This document shows positions 36,241 to 47,212 of a stretch of 64,000 nt of DNA, in pieces. The DNA is taken from contig JBDHUY010000007.1 of NCBI GenBank assembly GCA_039809385.1, positions 1 through 64,000 of the forward strand, written 5' to 3'. The position numbers and the translations under genes were made by a program. How positions within the stretch are numbered: the stretch's first letter is position 1; the number at the start of each line of letters is the position of its first letter. The notes beneath the pieces are model-generated. The model saw nothing but the letters and a program-made list of their open reading frames with translations. It did not search any database and was not told the origin of the DNA. This DNA comes from Candidatus Altimarinota bacterium (GTDB taxonomy: Bacteria; Patescibacteriota; Gracilibacteria; JBDHUY01).

Positions 36241-37323
36241 ATGCGAAAGATCGGTATTATCAACGGCGGTGGCGATTGCGCCGGCATCAATGCGGTTATT
36301 GCAGCCGCAGTTAAGTCGGGTAAGCCGTACGGTTATACCTATTACGGCTTTGAAAAAGGCTGGGGCGGCGTATTGGATATGAATTACCGGGTATTGGACG
36401 AAGAAGCAGTGCGTGGGATTGCACACTTGGGCGGAACTATTTTAAAAACCACGAATAAAGGAAAATTTACCGCTATCGTAGGGGTAGGACAGAAGGCCAC
36501 ATATCCGCCGGAACTGATCCAGGCGGTTTTGACGAATCTGAAAAAACTCGACATCGATACGTTGCTAGTGATCGGCGGCGACGGGACCATGGCCGGTGCG
36601 CTGCAATTTGTTCCTCACGGGATCAATATGGTCGGAGTTCCGAAAACAATTGATAACGACCTCAAAAGCACCGATCGTACCTTCGGTTTCAATACCGCCG
36701 TCGACGTCGTAGTCGACGCACTGGATCGAATTCATACTACTGCCTACAGCCACGATCGCGTTATTATCGTTGAAACTATGGGGCGCTACACCGGCTGGAT
36801 CGCCCTCTATGGAGGCCTGGCTGGCGGTGCTGATGTTATTCTCTTGCCGGAATTTCCGTTTAGTACCACGGGGGTGGTAGATTTTTTGCGTAAACGCCGT
36901 TCCAACGACCGCAACTATTCGGTCATTGTGATTGCCGAAGGGGCTAAAGTCCAAGCCCAGGAAGTTCATGTACGTAAAGTTGACGATGCTCATGGCGAAT
37001 CAAAATTGGGAGGGGCAGCGGAACGTTTAATGTACCATATCGAAGAACTTGCTCCCGAAGAATTTGAAATGCGACACGTTGTCCTGGGACATACCCAGCG
37101 TGGCGGAACTCCTAATGCGGATGATCGCATCCTGGCACTTTCCTATGGACACGCCGCTACGGAAGCCATTCACAACGAACAATTTGGTCATATGATTGTT
37201 TTACATGAGGGACGAATTAAGACAGTTCCACTGGATGGTATGATTGAGGGACTCAAAGGGATAACTCGTCAGAATGACGCCTATCAAACGGCCAAATCGA
37301 TCGGGATTTATATGGGGGAATGA
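36241..37323 (+). CDS. pfkA: 6-phosphofructokinase, PfkA family (group III-like)
   Basis: GGGDCAGINA, GGTILKT, GGDGT, PKTIDND, ETMGR, LGHTQRGG. Confidence 0.93.
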   Translation: MRKIGIINGGGDCAGINAVIAAAVKSGKPYGYTYYGFEKGWGGVLDMNYRVLDEEAVRGIAHLGGTILKTTNKGKFTAIVGVGQKATYPPELIQAVLTNLKKLDIDTLLVIGGDGTMAGALQFVPHGINMVGVPKTIDNDLKSTDRTFGFNTAVDVVVDALDRIHTTAYSHDRVIIVETMGRYTGWIALYGGLAGGADVILLPEFPFSTTGVVDFLRKRRSNDRNYSVIVIAEGAKVQAQEVHVRKVDDAHGESKLGGAAERLMYHIEELAPEEFEMRHVVLGHTQRGGTPNADDRILALSYGHAATEAIHNEQFGHMIVLHEGRIKTVPLDGMIEGLKGITRQNDAYQTAKSIGIYMGE

Positions 37324-37548
37324 AGCAAGAATCTAGAATCAAGAATAGAGGCAACGTCAATCAGGTTTCATTAGCCGTTTCAAAGTAGGTTCCTGTTTGC
37401 TTCTAATCTCCATCCAAGATTCTTTCTAAAGAAGTATCTTGAAGGTGTCGTTTTGCGGTCAAGCCACAAAATCTATACATTACAAGTCCATCGATTCGTT
37501 CTCTATAACCCGGAAATGATATAATAAAACGATATCATCATTTTCCGT

Positions 37549-38874
37549 ATGTCCCAAAATTCGATCTCGCTCGAAAAAGCTCTGGAACTTTTACAGACCT
37601 ATCAACAAACTCGCCAGTACAAAAAAAGTATTGCGCTGGCCTCTACTATCTTGCGAACTGTTCCGGATAATGTCACCGTGCTGCGCTTCTTTCAGGAAGC
37701 CCGGCTTCAGTACGCGCTTAGCAAGAGCCAGATGCTGACCCGAGTATTTCAGGGAATCATGGCCGTTTTGCTCGTGCTGGCCGGGTTGTTTGCCTATCAG
37801 TGGTGGGCCGTATTTCCGACGTTTGAAAAAACTACAGCTTCGCACGAGGGAAAGCTGATCAGTTTGATCAAAGAGAACGGTACTTTGCGAGAAAAAAATG
37901 ACCAACTAACTGGGCAAATTACGCTGTTTCAAAATCAAGTATCGCTGTTGACCACAGGCTTACATGAAGTCTCCGAAAAACTGCTGCGCAAGCGTGAAGA
38001 AAATCCGGATGAAAAATTACAACAAATCGCAGCCCTGCAAGTAAAGATAGACGAACAGAACAACCAGATTCAGCAACTGATCAAACTCAGTGTCGAGCAA
38101 GAGAAAAAGAAACCGACCGCTTTTACGTATGCGCAGGATATTCGTAATTTCTTGATCGTGGGCGATCATGGCGGTCTGACCGATACAATCATGATCGCCT
38201 CGGTCAACCCGTCGCTCAAAACCATTTCGCTTATTTCGGTGCCGCGCGATCTGTATATCGACGGGCGGAAAGTGAATGAAATTTACAAAGCCTACGGCCG
38301 CGACACGCTCCAAGTCTACTTGCACGACATTACCGGACTGACGATTCAGCATTATCTGAAAGTCGATCTGGAAGGTTTTGTGAAAGTTATTGACTTAGTG
38401 GGAGGTATCGATGTGAATGTTCCGAAAGATATTGCAGACAAACAGTATCCCACCGGCGACGGCAATACCGAAGAACTTTTCATTGCCAAAGGCTGGCAGC
38501 ATTTTGATGGAACGCAGGCGCTCAAATATGCCAGGACCCGCCACGGTGACAGCGATTTCGAGCGAGCTAAACGACAGCAGCAGGTAATCGAGATTACGCT
38601 GGACAAGATCCGCGCCCTGGGAATCGCAGACGTAGCTCAGCAGCTCGAACTGGCCAAGACTATGCTTGCCAGTGTCGAAACCGACGTGAACGTGTTTCAA
38701 GCTCTCGGCTTCTATCAGGATTACCAGCAATTTACTATTGAACGCGGGAACGTCATTTCCACGTCCAATTTTTTGTATCCTTCCAAAACCGCGAATAACG
38801 ACTATATCGCTTTGCCGACTGACACGACGTACGAAGCGATCCAAAAGTATGTGTATGATCTGGTTATGCGTTAG
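37549..38874 (+). CDS. LCP (LytR-CpsA-Psr) family protein with coiled-coil stalk
   Basis: TM, coiled coil, TDTIM, SVPRDLY, VGGIDV, YARTRH..SDFERAKRQQ. Confidence 0.9.
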   Translation: MSQNSISLEKALELLQTYQQTRQYKKSIALASTILRTVPDNVTVLRFFQEARLQYALSKSQMLTRVFQGIMAVLLVLAGLFAYQWWAVFPTFEKTTASHEGKLISLIKENGTLREKNDQLTGQITLFQNQVSLLTTGLHEVSEKLLRKREENPDEKLQQIAALQVKIDEQNNQIQQLIKLSVEQEKKKPTAFTYAQDIRNFLIVGDHGGLTDTIMIASVNPSLKTISLISVPRDLYIDGRKVNEIYKAYGRDTLQVYLHDITGLTIQHYLKVDLEGFVKVIDLVGGIDVNVPKDIADKQYPTGDGNTEELFIAKGWQHFDGTQALKYARTRHGDSDFERAKRQQQVIEITLDKIRALGIADVAQQLELAKTMLASVETDVNVFQALGFYQDYQQFTIERGNVISTSNFLYPSKTANNDYIALPTDTTYEAIQKYVYDLVMR

Positions 38875-38891
38875 CTTCATTAATCGGTTTT

Positions 38892-40175
38892 ATGGCAAAC
38901 GAAATCTCCTCTAGCGATACAAACGAGCAGTCACCCGCTTCTCCAGAAAAAGCAAAAAACCTCTTATTGCTGCGCCTAGAGCGTCAAATGCCGTATTTGA
39001 GAGAACTGGTTCGCTTGATCGAAGAAAAATCGAATATTGAAATGTCTCCATCCGAAATTGAATTTCAATTTCAGGAATTTTATCGTGATATGGAGCAACG
39101 GCTTGCTTCCGGTCAACTGCGGACTGAGCTTGAACTGTATCGTAACCTCTCGTTGGAACGGGTGCGGTTTAATGACAGCATTAAAAACGTTGTCTCCGAA
39201 GATCCGGATATTGATATCACAGATCTGTTTGAGGAGGATACCAAATTCGATCAGTTAAGTGACTTTGAGGCAAACCCAAGTATTCTTTTCTTTACAAAGA
39301 TAGAAAAGATGCTCGCAGTTCTGCTCGAAAAAAACAAACTTGTTTCCTCTCTCTATAGAAATCGCGACAGTCTCCCAGCAAAAATTTACGAACTTGTGCC
39401 GACATGGAACGGTATAGATATATCCAGTTTCGAAACACACTTTTCAGCTTTCGGGGTGACATTTATCGTGCCGGAGGATATTTTTCGACGTATTAAACCC
39501 GGCTCGGAAGGTACTCATTATCGCAATACGCCGTTTTCATTTGTGAAACAACGTCCCGATCTCGATTCTATGGCAAAAACGCAGAAACACGAAGAGTTGC
39601 ATAACCTGATGGAAGGAATCTTCCAAAGTTCCGGCTATTCCATAGAGCATTTCAGTCATAAATTACAACATCTGATAATGTTGTATAAAAATTTTGGAAA
39701 GAGGATAATGTTTCGGAAAAACTATAAAGAATGTTTACAATATCTTAATCGGTTGCATGAAGAAATGGTAGCCAACCTGCCGGGCTTTTTGTCTGATATC
39801 ACAGCGTCTGTCCCAGCAGTTCTTTTGGAGTTCTCTACAGCCAAGAATTACTTTGATCAGTCATGCGATATTTTTGACCGTGTTATAAAAGATAATGGAC
39901 AAAATCAAGATGTAAAAAGATTTTTGGAAGGGGGAAAAAGAACATTTGTGTCAAGATTTAGGCGTATAGAAAATAACGTACGAGCACTCTTTGATCTAAT
40001 AGGTATACTTCAGAAACTCTCGGCAGGTGATCAACATATTCAAGATATCTCGACCGACATATATATTCTCTTGTTCTATCTTCGGCCGCTCGAATACCAT
40101 TATATTATTCCTTATCTGCGGCATGCTTATCCGCATATTTTTGTGAGAAGCAGGCCTGTTCCCGATGTGGATTGA
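38892..40175 (+). CDS. Hypothetical protein with HExxH motif
   Basis: 427 aa, AT-rich; KHEELHN followed by LHEEMVA. Confidence 0.65.
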   Translation: MANEISSSDTNEQSPASPEKAKNLLLLRLERQMPYLRELVRLIEEKSNIEMSPSEIEFQFQEFYRDMEQRLASGQLRTELELYRNLSLERVRFNDSIKNVVSEDPDIDITDLFEEDTKFDQLSDFEANPSILFFTKIEKMLAVLLEKNKLVSSLYRNRDSLPAKIYELVPTWNGIDISSFETHFSAFGVTFIVPEDIFRRIKPGSEGTHYRNTPFSFVKQRPDLDSMAKTQKHEELHNLMEGIFQSSGYSIEHFSHKLQHLIMLYKNFGKRIMFRKNYKECLQYLNRLHEEMVANLPGFLSDITASVPAVLLEFSTAKNYFDQSCDIFDRVIKDNGQNQDVKRFLEGGKRTFVSRFRRIENNVRALFDLIGILQKLSAGDQHIQDISTDIYILLFYLRPLEYHYIIPYLRHAYPHIFVRSRPVPDVD

Positions 40176-40369
40176 TGTCGGTTGAAAGTATGTCGTCAAA
40201 TGCGTTTCGTAATGTGTGACAAACCCTTCGGAACACCACTCTGTAACTTTCTATATCGGAATGCGTTGATGCCATGTTTGCAGTATCTCCGGTTCACATA
40301 GTAACGGTACTATCCATTTTCTTTCGACAACTTCCGGATTTTCGTGTACAGTGTCTGGGCTTTAGAAAA

Positions 40370-40445
40370 AAAGTCCAAAATTAAAAAATGTAAAGTGATA
40401 CGATCATTTTTCACTTGAGACTTTTTACTTTACATTTCAGATTTC
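40370..40445. repeat. Short degenerate heptamer hairpin element upstream of typA
   Basis: aaagtcc aaaatta aaaaatg taaagtg ... cacttga gactttt tacttta catttca gattt. Confidence 0.55.
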
Positions 40446-40466
40446 ATTTCCTGTCTAACCTTCCTT

Positions 40467-42239
40467 ATGTCATCCCTTCGCAATATCGCTATTATCGCTC
40501 ACGTCGATCACGGTAAAACTACACTGGTAGACGCACTTCTCCGCCAGTCCAAAACCAACCTCGGTAAACTCGAGGAGTCCAAAGATCTGATCCTGGATAA
40601 CAACGACTTGGAACGCGAACGCGGGATTACCATATTTTCCAAAAACGCCGCGGTCCGCTACAACGAAGTAAAAGTCAATATCATCGACACTCCCGGACAC
40701 GCCGATTTCGGTGGCGAAGTAGAGCGTGTCTTAAAGATGGCCGACGGCGCGTTACTCTTGATCGACGCCCAGGAAGGGCCGATGCCCCAGACCCGTTTCG
40801 TGCTCAAAAAAGCCCTGGAAAAGGGACTCAAGGTGATCGTTGTTATCAACAAAATCGACAAGCCCAATGCACGTATCGAGTGGGTGTTAGAAAAAACCTA
40901 CGAACTCTTTATCGATCTGGGCGCTAACGACGAACAGATCAATTTTCCGGTCATTTACGCGGCGGCCAAATTGGGCAAAGCCGACACCCACAAAGATCTG
41001 GAAAAAATGCAGGATATTCGCCCTCTCTTTGATACCATCTTGCAGGAAATCCCGGCTCCGGAGCAAAAATTGGAACAGCCGTTCCAGATGCATGTGGTAG
41101 CTCTTTCGTACGATAATTTCAAAGGAAAAATTGCCATTGGGCGAATCTATCAGGGGTCCGTAAAACAAGGCCAATCGGTGATGCATATCGACCGTCAAGG
41201 CAAACAGGCGGTGCAGAAAATCACGGCGCTGATGACGTTTGAAGGATTGGCCCGCATGGAAACCGAGACGATGGGCGGGGGCGACATTGCGGCTGTCGCC
41301 GGTTTTGACAGTGTCAATATCGGCGATACGTTGTGCGACAAAGACAATCCGCAACCCTTGCCGCCGATCGATATCGAACCGCCTACGGTAAAAATGACAT
41401 TCGGCGTAAATAGCTCCCCGTTTGCCGGTCGGGAAGGCCAGTGGTGCACCTCGCGCAACTTACGCGAACGCTTATATCGCGAATTGGATAAAGACGTAGC
41501 TCTGAAAGTCGAAGACGGCAAAAGCGCCGACGAGTTCATCGTTTCGGGCCGCGGCGAACTTCATTTATCGATCCTGATCGAAACGATGCGCCGCGAGGGA
41601 TATGAACTGCAGGTTTCGCGTCCGGAAGTTATTATGAAAGAGGAAGAAGGCGTCTCAAAAGAACCCTACGAAGAGATCTGGGTGGAAGTTCCCGAAACGT
41701 ATTCGGGAATGGTGATTGAACAAATGGGCATGCGCAAGGGCGAAATGCTCAACATGCGTTCCGAAGGCGTGACCACCCATTTCCATTTTCTGATCGCGAC
41801 ACGCGGACTGATCGGTTACCGCAATGAATTGCTTGTTTCTACCCGCGGTACTGGCATCCTAAACTCCTTATTTGCCGGCTACAAAGCCTTGGCGGTTGGT
41901 ATCGGCAGTAACCCGCACGGATCGCTGGTGGCCTTCGAATCTGGCAAGACGAACACCTACGGTCTGTTAAATGCCCAGGAACGCGGTATTCTCTTCGTCG
42001 GCCCGGGCGAAGATGTGTATAAAGGTCAGGTGGTCGGCGAAAACGCCAAACCTGAGGATCTGAGTGTCAATGTCTGCAAAACCAAACAGTTGTCGAATAT
42101 GCGTTCCAAAGGCGACGGGACGAGCGAAGCGCTGACACCTAAACGGCTCGTCAATCTCGAACAAGCGATCGAATATATCGGCGACGACGAGCTGGTTGAG
42201 GTCACGCCCAAAAGTATCCGGATGCGGAAAAGGGGATAG
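40467..42239 (+). CDS. typA: Translational GTPase TypA/BipA
   Basis: [56 protein letters not shown]. Confidence 0.97.
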   Translation: MSSLRNIAIIAHVDHGKTTLVDALLRQSKTNLGKLEESKDLILDNNDLERERGITIFSKNAAVRYNEVKVNIIDTPGHADFGGEVERVLKMADGALLLIDAQEGPMPQTRFVLKKALEKGLKVIVVINKIDKPNARIEWVLEKTYELFIDLGANDEQINFPVIYAAAKLGKADTHKDLEKMQDIRPLFDTILQEIPAPEQKLEQPFQMHVVALSYDNFKGKIAIGRIYQGSVKQGQSVMHIDRQGKQAVQKITALMTFEGLARMETETMGGGDIAAVAGFDSVNIGDTLCDKDNPQPLPPIDIEPPTVKMTFGVNSSPFAGREGQWCTSRNLRERLYRELDKDVALKVEDGKSADEFIVSGRGELHLSILIETMRREGYELQVSRPEVIMKEEEGVSKEPYEEIWVEVPETYSGMVIEQMGMRKGEMLNMRSEGVTTHFHFLIATRGLIGYRNELLVSTRGTGILNSLFAGYKALAVGIGSNPHGSLVAFESGKTNTYGLLNAQERGILFVGPGEDVYKGQVVGENAKPEDLSVNVCKTKQLSNMRSKGDGTSEALTPKRLVNLEQAIEYIGDDELVEVTPKSIRMRKRG

Positions 42240-42377
42240 ATCCTACTAAAGAACACTTTGTAAAAAGTGAGATTTTTTTGAGAATAATTATATTCCCGAA
42301 TGCCTTCCTCCAAAAAGATGGTTTAAAGTTTGGCGAAGCATAATTTTTTTAGACGCTTTCCCCTTAACAAACCAATA

Positions 42378-42415
42378 AGTTGAGACGGTATAAAGACACA
42401 CGTCTCAGTTTTTTT
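42378..42415 (+). terminator. Intrinsic terminator between typA and the AT-rich operon
   Basis: tgagacg-N13-cgtctca followed by g and T7. Confidence 0.65.
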
Positions 42416-42543
42416 GATACCCCATTGTATCTTTAGAGCTATCTCTTAGGCTTTTGAACTTTATGGATTTAGATCGCATTACCTTGATTTTTAACATAAA
42501 GTACTATAGTACTCACATAGTCATTATGATAAATTCGCTTCAT

Positions 42544-43905
42544 ATGATAAAAGACTTTAAAGGTAAAAAAATAATTATCTTTGGATTTGCCCGACAAGGG
42601 CAGTCTTTGGCATCTTGGCTGCTTGATAAACAAGCCCATGTAACTGTCATAGACGAAAAGAGTATTGATCCCAATATTCAAGCTAAATACCATTCTGTTA
42701 AATTCATCGCCGGTTCTTTAGAATTAGAGCAACTATCCGCAATGGATATTGTATTTGTTTCAGCCGGTGTTCCGCTTTCCAATCCTGTTGTAAACGAAGC
42801 TCTCAACCGGGGTATCCCGGTTCATAATGATGCTGAACTTTTCTTAGATCGCTGTCCCGCCCCTGTCATTGGTATTACCGGAAGTGCTGGAAAAACTACA
42901 ACAACTACTCTGGTGGGTGAGATGCTGAAGAGTTCTGGCTTTCAGACATGGGTAGGAGGCAACAATGGGCACGTTCTTCTCAATGACCTTGGATCTGTTG
43001 GTCAGAAAGATAGGGTAGTAATCGAGCTATCCAGCTTTCAGTTGGAAATTATGAACAAAAGCCCGCAGATTGCTTGTATTTTGAATATAACTCCGAATCA
43101 TCTCGATAGGCATATAAGTATGGAGAATTATTCAAGAGCTAAATCCCGGATTTTTTTATTTCCCCAGAGCAGGGAAAACTTGCTTGTATTGAATCTCGAC
43201 GACGAGGAGAGTTCCAAGCTGGATACAAAGAGTGTCGGCAAAGTGTATTATATAAGCATGCAAAAATCAGTTTCTCAAGGAGCTTTTTTATCTAACGAAG
43301 AAATTTTTGTAAATTTGTCCGTAGACAAACCAATTTTCATTTGTAACACTCGCGACATCCGATTACGAGGCCGTCATAATATTTATAATGTAATGGCAGC
43401 TACATTGTTGAGTTTATTGGCCGGTGCTAAGGTTGAGCATATAAAATATGTTATTCATAATTTCAGTGGCGTGTCCCATCGACTTGAAGAGGTGAGAAGC
43501 ATTAATGAAGTTCTATTTATTAATGATAGTATTGCAACGGCACCTGAAAGAGTTGTGGCAGCTATAAATTCTTTCGATGATCCGCTGATTATATTGCTTG
43601 GAGGTAAAGATAAAAATCTTCCCTGGAAATATTTGATTGATCTATGTATGAAGAAGGCCAAATATGTTATTGTATTTGGCACGCTATTCGAAAAACTTTC
43701 CCCGCTACTTGATACTTATACGGGAGAGTTAAAGACTAAAATACGTCATTGCAAGAATCTTGATCAAGCTACTCAACTAAGTTATGAATTAGCGAGCCCG
43801 GGAGATATTGTCCTCCTTTCGCCGGGAGGGACAGCCTTTGATTGCTATAACAACTTTGAAGAGCGCGGAGATCATTTTCGTATACTCGTTCATAACCTCA
43901 AATGA
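42544..43905 (+). CDS. murD: MurD-like ligase (UDP-MurNAc-L-Ala:D-Glu ligase family)
   Basis: GFARQG, GITGSAGKTTT, ELSSFQLE, NHLDRH, HRLE, NDSIATAPE, GGKDK, LLSPG..AFD..NFEERG. Confidence 0.85.
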   Translation: MIKDFKGKKIIIFGFARQGQSLASWLLDKQAHVTVIDEKSIDPNIQAKYHSVKFIAGSLELEQLSAMDIVFVSAGVPLSNPVVNEALNRGIPVHNDAELFLDRCPAPVIGITGSAGKTTTTTLVGEMLKSSGFQTWVGGNNGHVLLNDLGSVGQKDRVVIELSSFQLEIMNKSPQIACILNITPNHLDRHISMENYSRAKSRIFLFPQSRENLLVLNLDDEESSKLDTKSVGKVYYISMQKSVSQGAFLSNEEIFVNLSVDKPIFICNTRDIRLRGRHNIYNVMAATLLSLLAGAKVEHIKYVIHNFSGVSHRLEEVRSINEVLFINDSIATAPERVVAAINSFDDPLIILLGGKDKNLPWKYLIDLCMKKAKYVIVFGTLFEKLSPLLDTYTGELKTKIRHCKNLDQATQLSYELASPGDIVLLSPGGTAFDCYNNFEERGDHFRILVHNLK

Positions 43906-44780
43906 ATCGAAAAAATCCATACCTGATTTATGTGACGGCCTATGGAGAGGAAGCTTTTTACGGGATGGCAGTTGAGTTCTTTCGTATGATTCGTTTTTTC
44001 CATGTTCCTGCAGATCTTTTGTTAATTTGCACAGAATCATTGGATGCATATCCTGCCCTAGCTGAAACAAGTAAGGATCTAGATATTGCAGTTGAGGTCT
44101 TGCCAAAAGCGTATTATTACGATGATATTGTTTGCCGATCGATGAGGTTACAATTGTTTGAACAAAAGGCGATACGGAATATTCATTCCTACCAGCGCAT
44201 TGCTTACTTCGATACCGATATCTTTTTTTATACATCACCTCTAGCACTTTTTGAAAAAAGCCTCAAGAGTGATGCCGTAATATTTACCTCGCATGATCGA
44301 GGAGATCAAAGAACGCACCTCTTTTTCTTGTCACACTATGTCGGACACCCTGAATATGAAGAATTTCAAAAGCGTTTTGTTAATTCCGGCTTCTTTATTG
44401 GCCCGCCATTAAAACTTAAGATTCTTTTGAAAATATGGAGAAATGAATACCTGAAAAGAATAGATGTGATTAGAGAAATGTGGAGCCTCTATAAAAAAAC
44501 TGGTCGATTTGAGTATGCAATCTGTAAAGATCAAAACGTTCTTCATTATCTCTTGTGTACTAAGAAAGCTAGGATCGATTTTTTCCCCAGCGATCTCATT
44601 GTTTTTCGGGATCGATTCCGTTCGGACTCTTCTGTCGGTTGTCATTTATGTGCCTTAAATAAAGATCCTGGATCAATGCTGCAAGAGATCCGTTTGCGAT
44701 TCATGTTAGCTCAGAAAATCATAACAAAAGAGTCTTTTGACGCAAAAATATCGATGCTGACTCACGTAATTGATAAATGA
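43902..44780 (+). CDS. GT-A-fold glycosyltransferase-like protein
   Basis: YFDTDIFF (DxD), VNSGFFIG, KDQ motif; ATGA overlap with murD. Confidence 0.65.
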   Translation: MNRKNPYLIYVTAYGEEAFYGMAVEFFRMIRFFHVPADLLLICTESLDAYPALAETSKDLDIAVEVLPKAYYYDDIVCRSMRLQLFEQKAIRNIHSYQRIAYFDTDIFFYTSPLALFEKSLKSDAVIFTSHDRGDQRTHLFFLSHYVGHPEYEEFQKRFVNSGFFIGPPLKLKILLKIWRNEYLKRIDVIREMWSLYKKTGRFEYAICKDQNVLHYLLCTKKARIDFFPSDLIVFRDRFRSDSSVGCHLCALNKDPGSMLQEIRLRFMLAQKIITKESFDAKISMLTHVIDK

Positions 44781-44813
44781 TAACTGGCTTTTGATACTTC
44801 TCTTCCTCATAAA

Positions 44814-47204
44814 ATGAGTGGCTATATTGATGAATGGGATTTACTAGAGCCTATTCATATAAGTATTTCACCCCAAGAATCCGAGCATTTTTCCTCTAGA
44901 AATTGGCTTAATCTTATTCAAGCAATTGATGGGAAGATTGACTTGATGAAAAAGCTGAAAAAGCTGCAAACTGGTAACTTGCTCGATGATCCGATGTACA
45001 CATGGCGTAAAATCCAGTGCGGTTCGGACCATTTTGTAAACCTCACACAGTTTTTTCCATTCAAGACACTAGTCGCTTATACACTCCATAGTAAATTCAA
45101 ACTCCTTTCAGATCTTGGTGCCATACTTCTTACATTACGAGCAAATCGTCCATTACGCGTTTGGATTGATGGAAAGCTTGTTTTTACTTTACAAGATTCT
45201 CATCATCAGGTTTCAGGAAAATATAAATTCCCGTGCTATTTATTAGCTGGATGGCACAGTGTTTTGATTGTAGTAGCAAATATAGCCGAGCGAGAGAACC
45301 CGAATAGTATCAGTCTTCGACTGTCTTATCCTGGCGGAGGGGACGATGGTATCGCAGTTTTTCAATCGGAAAGTACCCTGGAATATATAACGTTACAGAG
45401 TTTTTATCTGGAGCAAGAGTCTTTTCATCATTTAAGCGACGTGAAGGTTTTCATTCCTCGATCACCCCCCATAGATATAGCTGTTATGCTCCTGGACGGC
45501 TTAACAGGGAAGACTTTGGAACATGCCGTAATCAAAAAAAAATCGTCCGGATATTTTACCTTTAAAAGAATTCGACCTTCACGGATCGGGAAGTTTGTTA
45601 TTGATTTTAGAGTTAAAAGTCATACAAAAACTCATATAGAACGGCTTTCACGCCAAGTAAATTTCTTTGTATATCCGCAGAATTATAAGAATTCGATTCA
45701 GGGTTTCAAGACAAGAAAACGTCTGATCCTTGCTCATGCTGCACATACATTGAATGACTCAATCTTCTCTGAGATCGCCAGGCTTGAGTTAGGGACAGAA
45801 AGTATTAACCAAAGAAATGTTCTGTCGTGTGCGAGTAACGTATCTTCTCGAAGGGATTGCAGTGATTTTAATCTCGCGGGTCTTTTACGTTTTCAATATC
45901 TTCTCTCAAGACAGAAAGAAAACCATTTGTCCTTGAAAACCCAGAAAACAGTACGCAATACGATACTTCAATTTCGGTACTGGGAAACCGAACCTGGGAA
46001 TGATGCGATGTGTTTTCGGTCCGAGAATCATCAGATCCTGTTTTATAGTAATGAGCTACTTGCCTCACAACTATTCCCAAATGCTGTATTTTCCAATGAT
46101 CGTCGTCTGTCTAAGCTGCATCGCAATGATGCAAGCGGTCGAATAATGAAATGGTTCTCGAATCGTGAGGGTGGAGCTTTTTATGAATGGTTGTCGAATG
46201 TTTATTTTGAACAAGATATTCTTGCATTGATGAATCTCGTCGATTTTTCAGAAAATAAAAGAATCGTAGATCTTGCAATCGATTTTATAGCTCGTATTCT
46301 CGAACAGATATCGATATGTTCATTCAAAGGCGTATTCGGAACAACACATGGGAGAACCTATTCGATATATCTAAAAAATCCATCTCTGGAACCGACATCT
46401 TTAATATCCTATCTACTTTCAGGGAAAGGTTGCTTTAATGATAATGTAATGGGAGTAACGGCATTACTGACCAGTTCTTCGTTCCCAAAGATATCAGGCA
46501 ATTCTGCCAACTTATTGGTCGGAGATAAGCAAATATCTTATGCAGGAAAAAATGACTTTATTGGATCCTCTTGGAACAGGAGTATTAAAATTCAAAAAAG
46601 ATCATCGTATATGTTAAGTTCAATTGAAAATCATAAACCGGGACAACAAGGGCACCATGAGCATGTTTGGCAAGCCACTTTCGATCATGAGACATTTGTT
46701 TTTACAAATTCACCTTACTGTATCAGTGAACAAAGATCTCATCGTCCAGGTTATTGGCATGGAAATCTCGTACTACCCAAAGTTGTTCACTATAATAGTA
46801 CTATTGTTCTAGTATATCCCTCCTCTCTAAACCATTCAGCGGCATTGAATTATACGCATGCCTTTTTCCCTATAAAAAAATTCGATTGTTATTATATGGA
46901 TACAAATTCTATTTTAGCGAAGAAAGGCAGGGCCGTTATTCACCTATATTCTCACAGACCATTGACCGTAACTATCGAAGGCCCCAACGCTTATCGAGAA
47001 CTTATTGCGGTTGGAGAATCTAATATTTGGATATGCCAATTGTATGAATTACCCCATGCGGACTCAATAAACAATATTAGTGATTTGATGCATACTCCCC
47101 AACTTGTCACAGATTCCGCCTGTATTGAATTCCATAGTATCGAGAACGATTTATTCCAAGTTTCGATGGACAATATATTGATTAATGGTTCCATCCTAAA
47201 ATAG
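44814..47204 (+). CDS. Large hypothetical protein, heparinase II/III- or lyase-like architecture suspected
   Basis: 796 aa; N-terminal beta-sandwich-like segment; SENHQILF, EWLSNVYF, HGRTY, RPGYWHGN, HAFFP motifs. Confidence 0.55.
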   Translation: MSGYIDEWDLLEPIHISISPQESEHFSSRNWLNLIQAIDGKIDLMKKLKKLQTGNLLDDPMYTWRKIQCGSDHFVNLTQFFPFKTLVAYTLHSKFKLLSDLGAILLTLRANRPLRVWIDGKLVFTLQDSHHQVSGKYKFPCYLLAGWHSVLIVVANIAERENPNSISLRLSYPGGGDDGIAVFQSESTLEYITLQSFYLEQESFHHLSDVKVFIPRSPPIDIAVMLLDGLTGKTLEHAVIKKKSSGYFTFKRIRPSRIGKFVIDFRVKSHTKTHIERLSRQVNFFVYPQNYKNSIQGFKTRKRLILAHAAHTLNDSIFSEIARLELGTESINQRNVLSCASNVSSRRDCSDFNLAGLLRFQYLLSRQKENHLSLKTQKTVRNTILQFRYWETEPGNDAMCFRSENHQILFYSNELLASQLFPNAVFSNDRRLSKLHRNDASGRIMKWFSNREGGAFYEWLSNVYFEQDILALMNLVDFSENKRIVDLAIDFIARILEQISICSFKGVFGTTHGRTYSIYLKNPSLEPTSLISYLLSGKGCFNDNVMGVTALLTSSSFPKISGNSANLLVGDKQISYAGKNDFIGSSWNRSIKIQKRSSYMLSSIENHKPGQQGHHEHVWQATFDHETFVFTNSPYCISEQRSHRPGYWHGNLVLPKVVHYNSTIVLVYPSSLNHSAALNYTHAFFPIKKFDCYYMDTNSILAKKGRAVIHLYSHRPLTVTIEGPNAYRELIAVGESNIWICQLYELPHADSINNISDLMHTPQLVTDSACIEFHSIENDLFQVSMDNILINGSILK

Positions 47205-47212
47205 GAAAGCAT

